From assembly GCF_009914755.1 (NCBI RefSeq), contig NC_060948.1: a stretch of DNA of 64,000 bases; one strand, written 5' to 3'. Below are positions 62,635-64,000 of this stretch, in pieces. The notes beneath the pieces are model-generated. The model was given only the letters and a program-made list of their open reading frames with translations, was not told where the DNA came from and did not search any database. Position 1 is the first letter of the stretch. Each line of letters starts with the position of its first letter. A program made the position numbers and the translations under genes. The stretch is from the human T2T-CHM13v2.0 reference genome, Homo sapiens.

Positions 62635-64000
62635 TATACATTATGTATATAATAATATACAGTATCATATATAAAATATGTATAACCTATGTATAATATT
62701 GTTTTACATCCTGCATCTTATATTATATATATTGTATAAAATATAATAATTGATAATATATCAGTTTTATATTTATACAATATGACATATAGTATATATT
62801 ATAATTTATGACATATATAATATATGTTATATATCATATATAGAATATATTATACGGTTAATATACGTATTAAATATAAATTATACATTATATATATTAT
62901 ATAAAGCATATCTGTTATATATAATACCCATTATGCATAATATATATATTATGTCTATGTTATATATAGTATAAAACAACATATAATAATATATAATTGT
63001 ATATATAAAATGCGACATATAATATATATTATATTTTATGACATATGTAATATATATTATATATTATATATAATACGTTGTATGTATAATACCTATATTA
63101 AATATATATTATATGACTATGTTATTAATTACATGTCACATATGTTATATATTATATATTTTACATAGAATATACCGGTTACATACAATATATACTATGT
63201 TACCTATAATGTATAATTGATTACATGTAAAATAAAGAATGCAATATATTATGTATAATTTATAATATACAATATGTGGAATGTGATATATATAACATAT
63301 AATATATGATATATGATATACAGTATATGATATATAACATACAATATATGATACCTAATATATATGGTATACAATATATATTTTATGATATGTATTCTAT
63401 ATGTTTTATATTCTGTTATATATAACTATTTGAAATTATATATAACTGTATAATATTTTATGTAAATATGTAATATAATATATATAACTATATAATATAT
63501 TATATATAACTATATATTATGTTATATATACTTTTATAACATAATTTACATAAAATGTCATAATATAATATATATTATATTATTTCACATTACATAATAT
63601 ATATTACATATCACCCAATATAAGTAACATACATAATATTATAATATAGATTATATTATGTTATATTAAATATCATATATATCATGTATCATATATTCTA
63701 TAATATATATTACACATTATATAATATGTATGTTGTCTATTTTGTGATATATAAAACTATATATATAATTATATTATTATACATATAACTAGATAAACAT
63801 GTAATTATACGTATTTTCATTTGTAATATATAGAATTATATAATCATATATAATTATTTATATTCTATAAAAAATTATATCATTATATAAATTATAATAT
63901 AAAAAAATTATAATATGTACTACAAATATATATATTATATATCATATATGATATAGTACCTTTGTTATATATCATAATACATATAAATGTGTATTATGTT
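62635..64000. repeat. AT-rich segment of DYZ2 (partial, cut by window edge)
   Basis: Colinear with the other AT-rich segments; the array continues beyond the window. Confidence 0.9.

Overview
The whole 64-kb window is one uninterrupted head-to-tail tandem array of a ~2,418-bp unit: 26 complete Alu/HSATI cassettes, ~26.5 periods, spacings 2,416-2,420 bp, all in the same orientation. Each unit has three parts: ~1.55 kb of extremely AT-rich (TA)n-derived sequence, a ~290-bp minus-strand Alu lacking its extreme 5' end, and ~570 bp of HSATI-type sequence. This is the known human DYZ2 / HSat1B satellite, most likely from Yq12 heterochromatin. A predicted 2,145-bp HaeIII fragment matches the classical ~2.1-kb male-specific band. 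There are no credible protein-coding genes, RNA genes or CRISPR arrays; the recurring ORFs are by-products of the repeat. I do not find a new biological system. What is worth a second look is the array's internal history, read by eye from shared variants: a degenerate ~9-10-unit (~22-24 kb) higher-order duplication, two homogeneous local expansions (2,416-bp units at ~31-38 kb and a variant family at ~43-57 kb), several chimeric units with mappable switch points, conversion-like patches, CpG decay on both strands, and an Alu with AluSc-type diagnostics plus a fixed internal 16-bp duplication. Units are numbered U1-U26 by their Alu. Variant calls were made by eye and need alignment to confirm.
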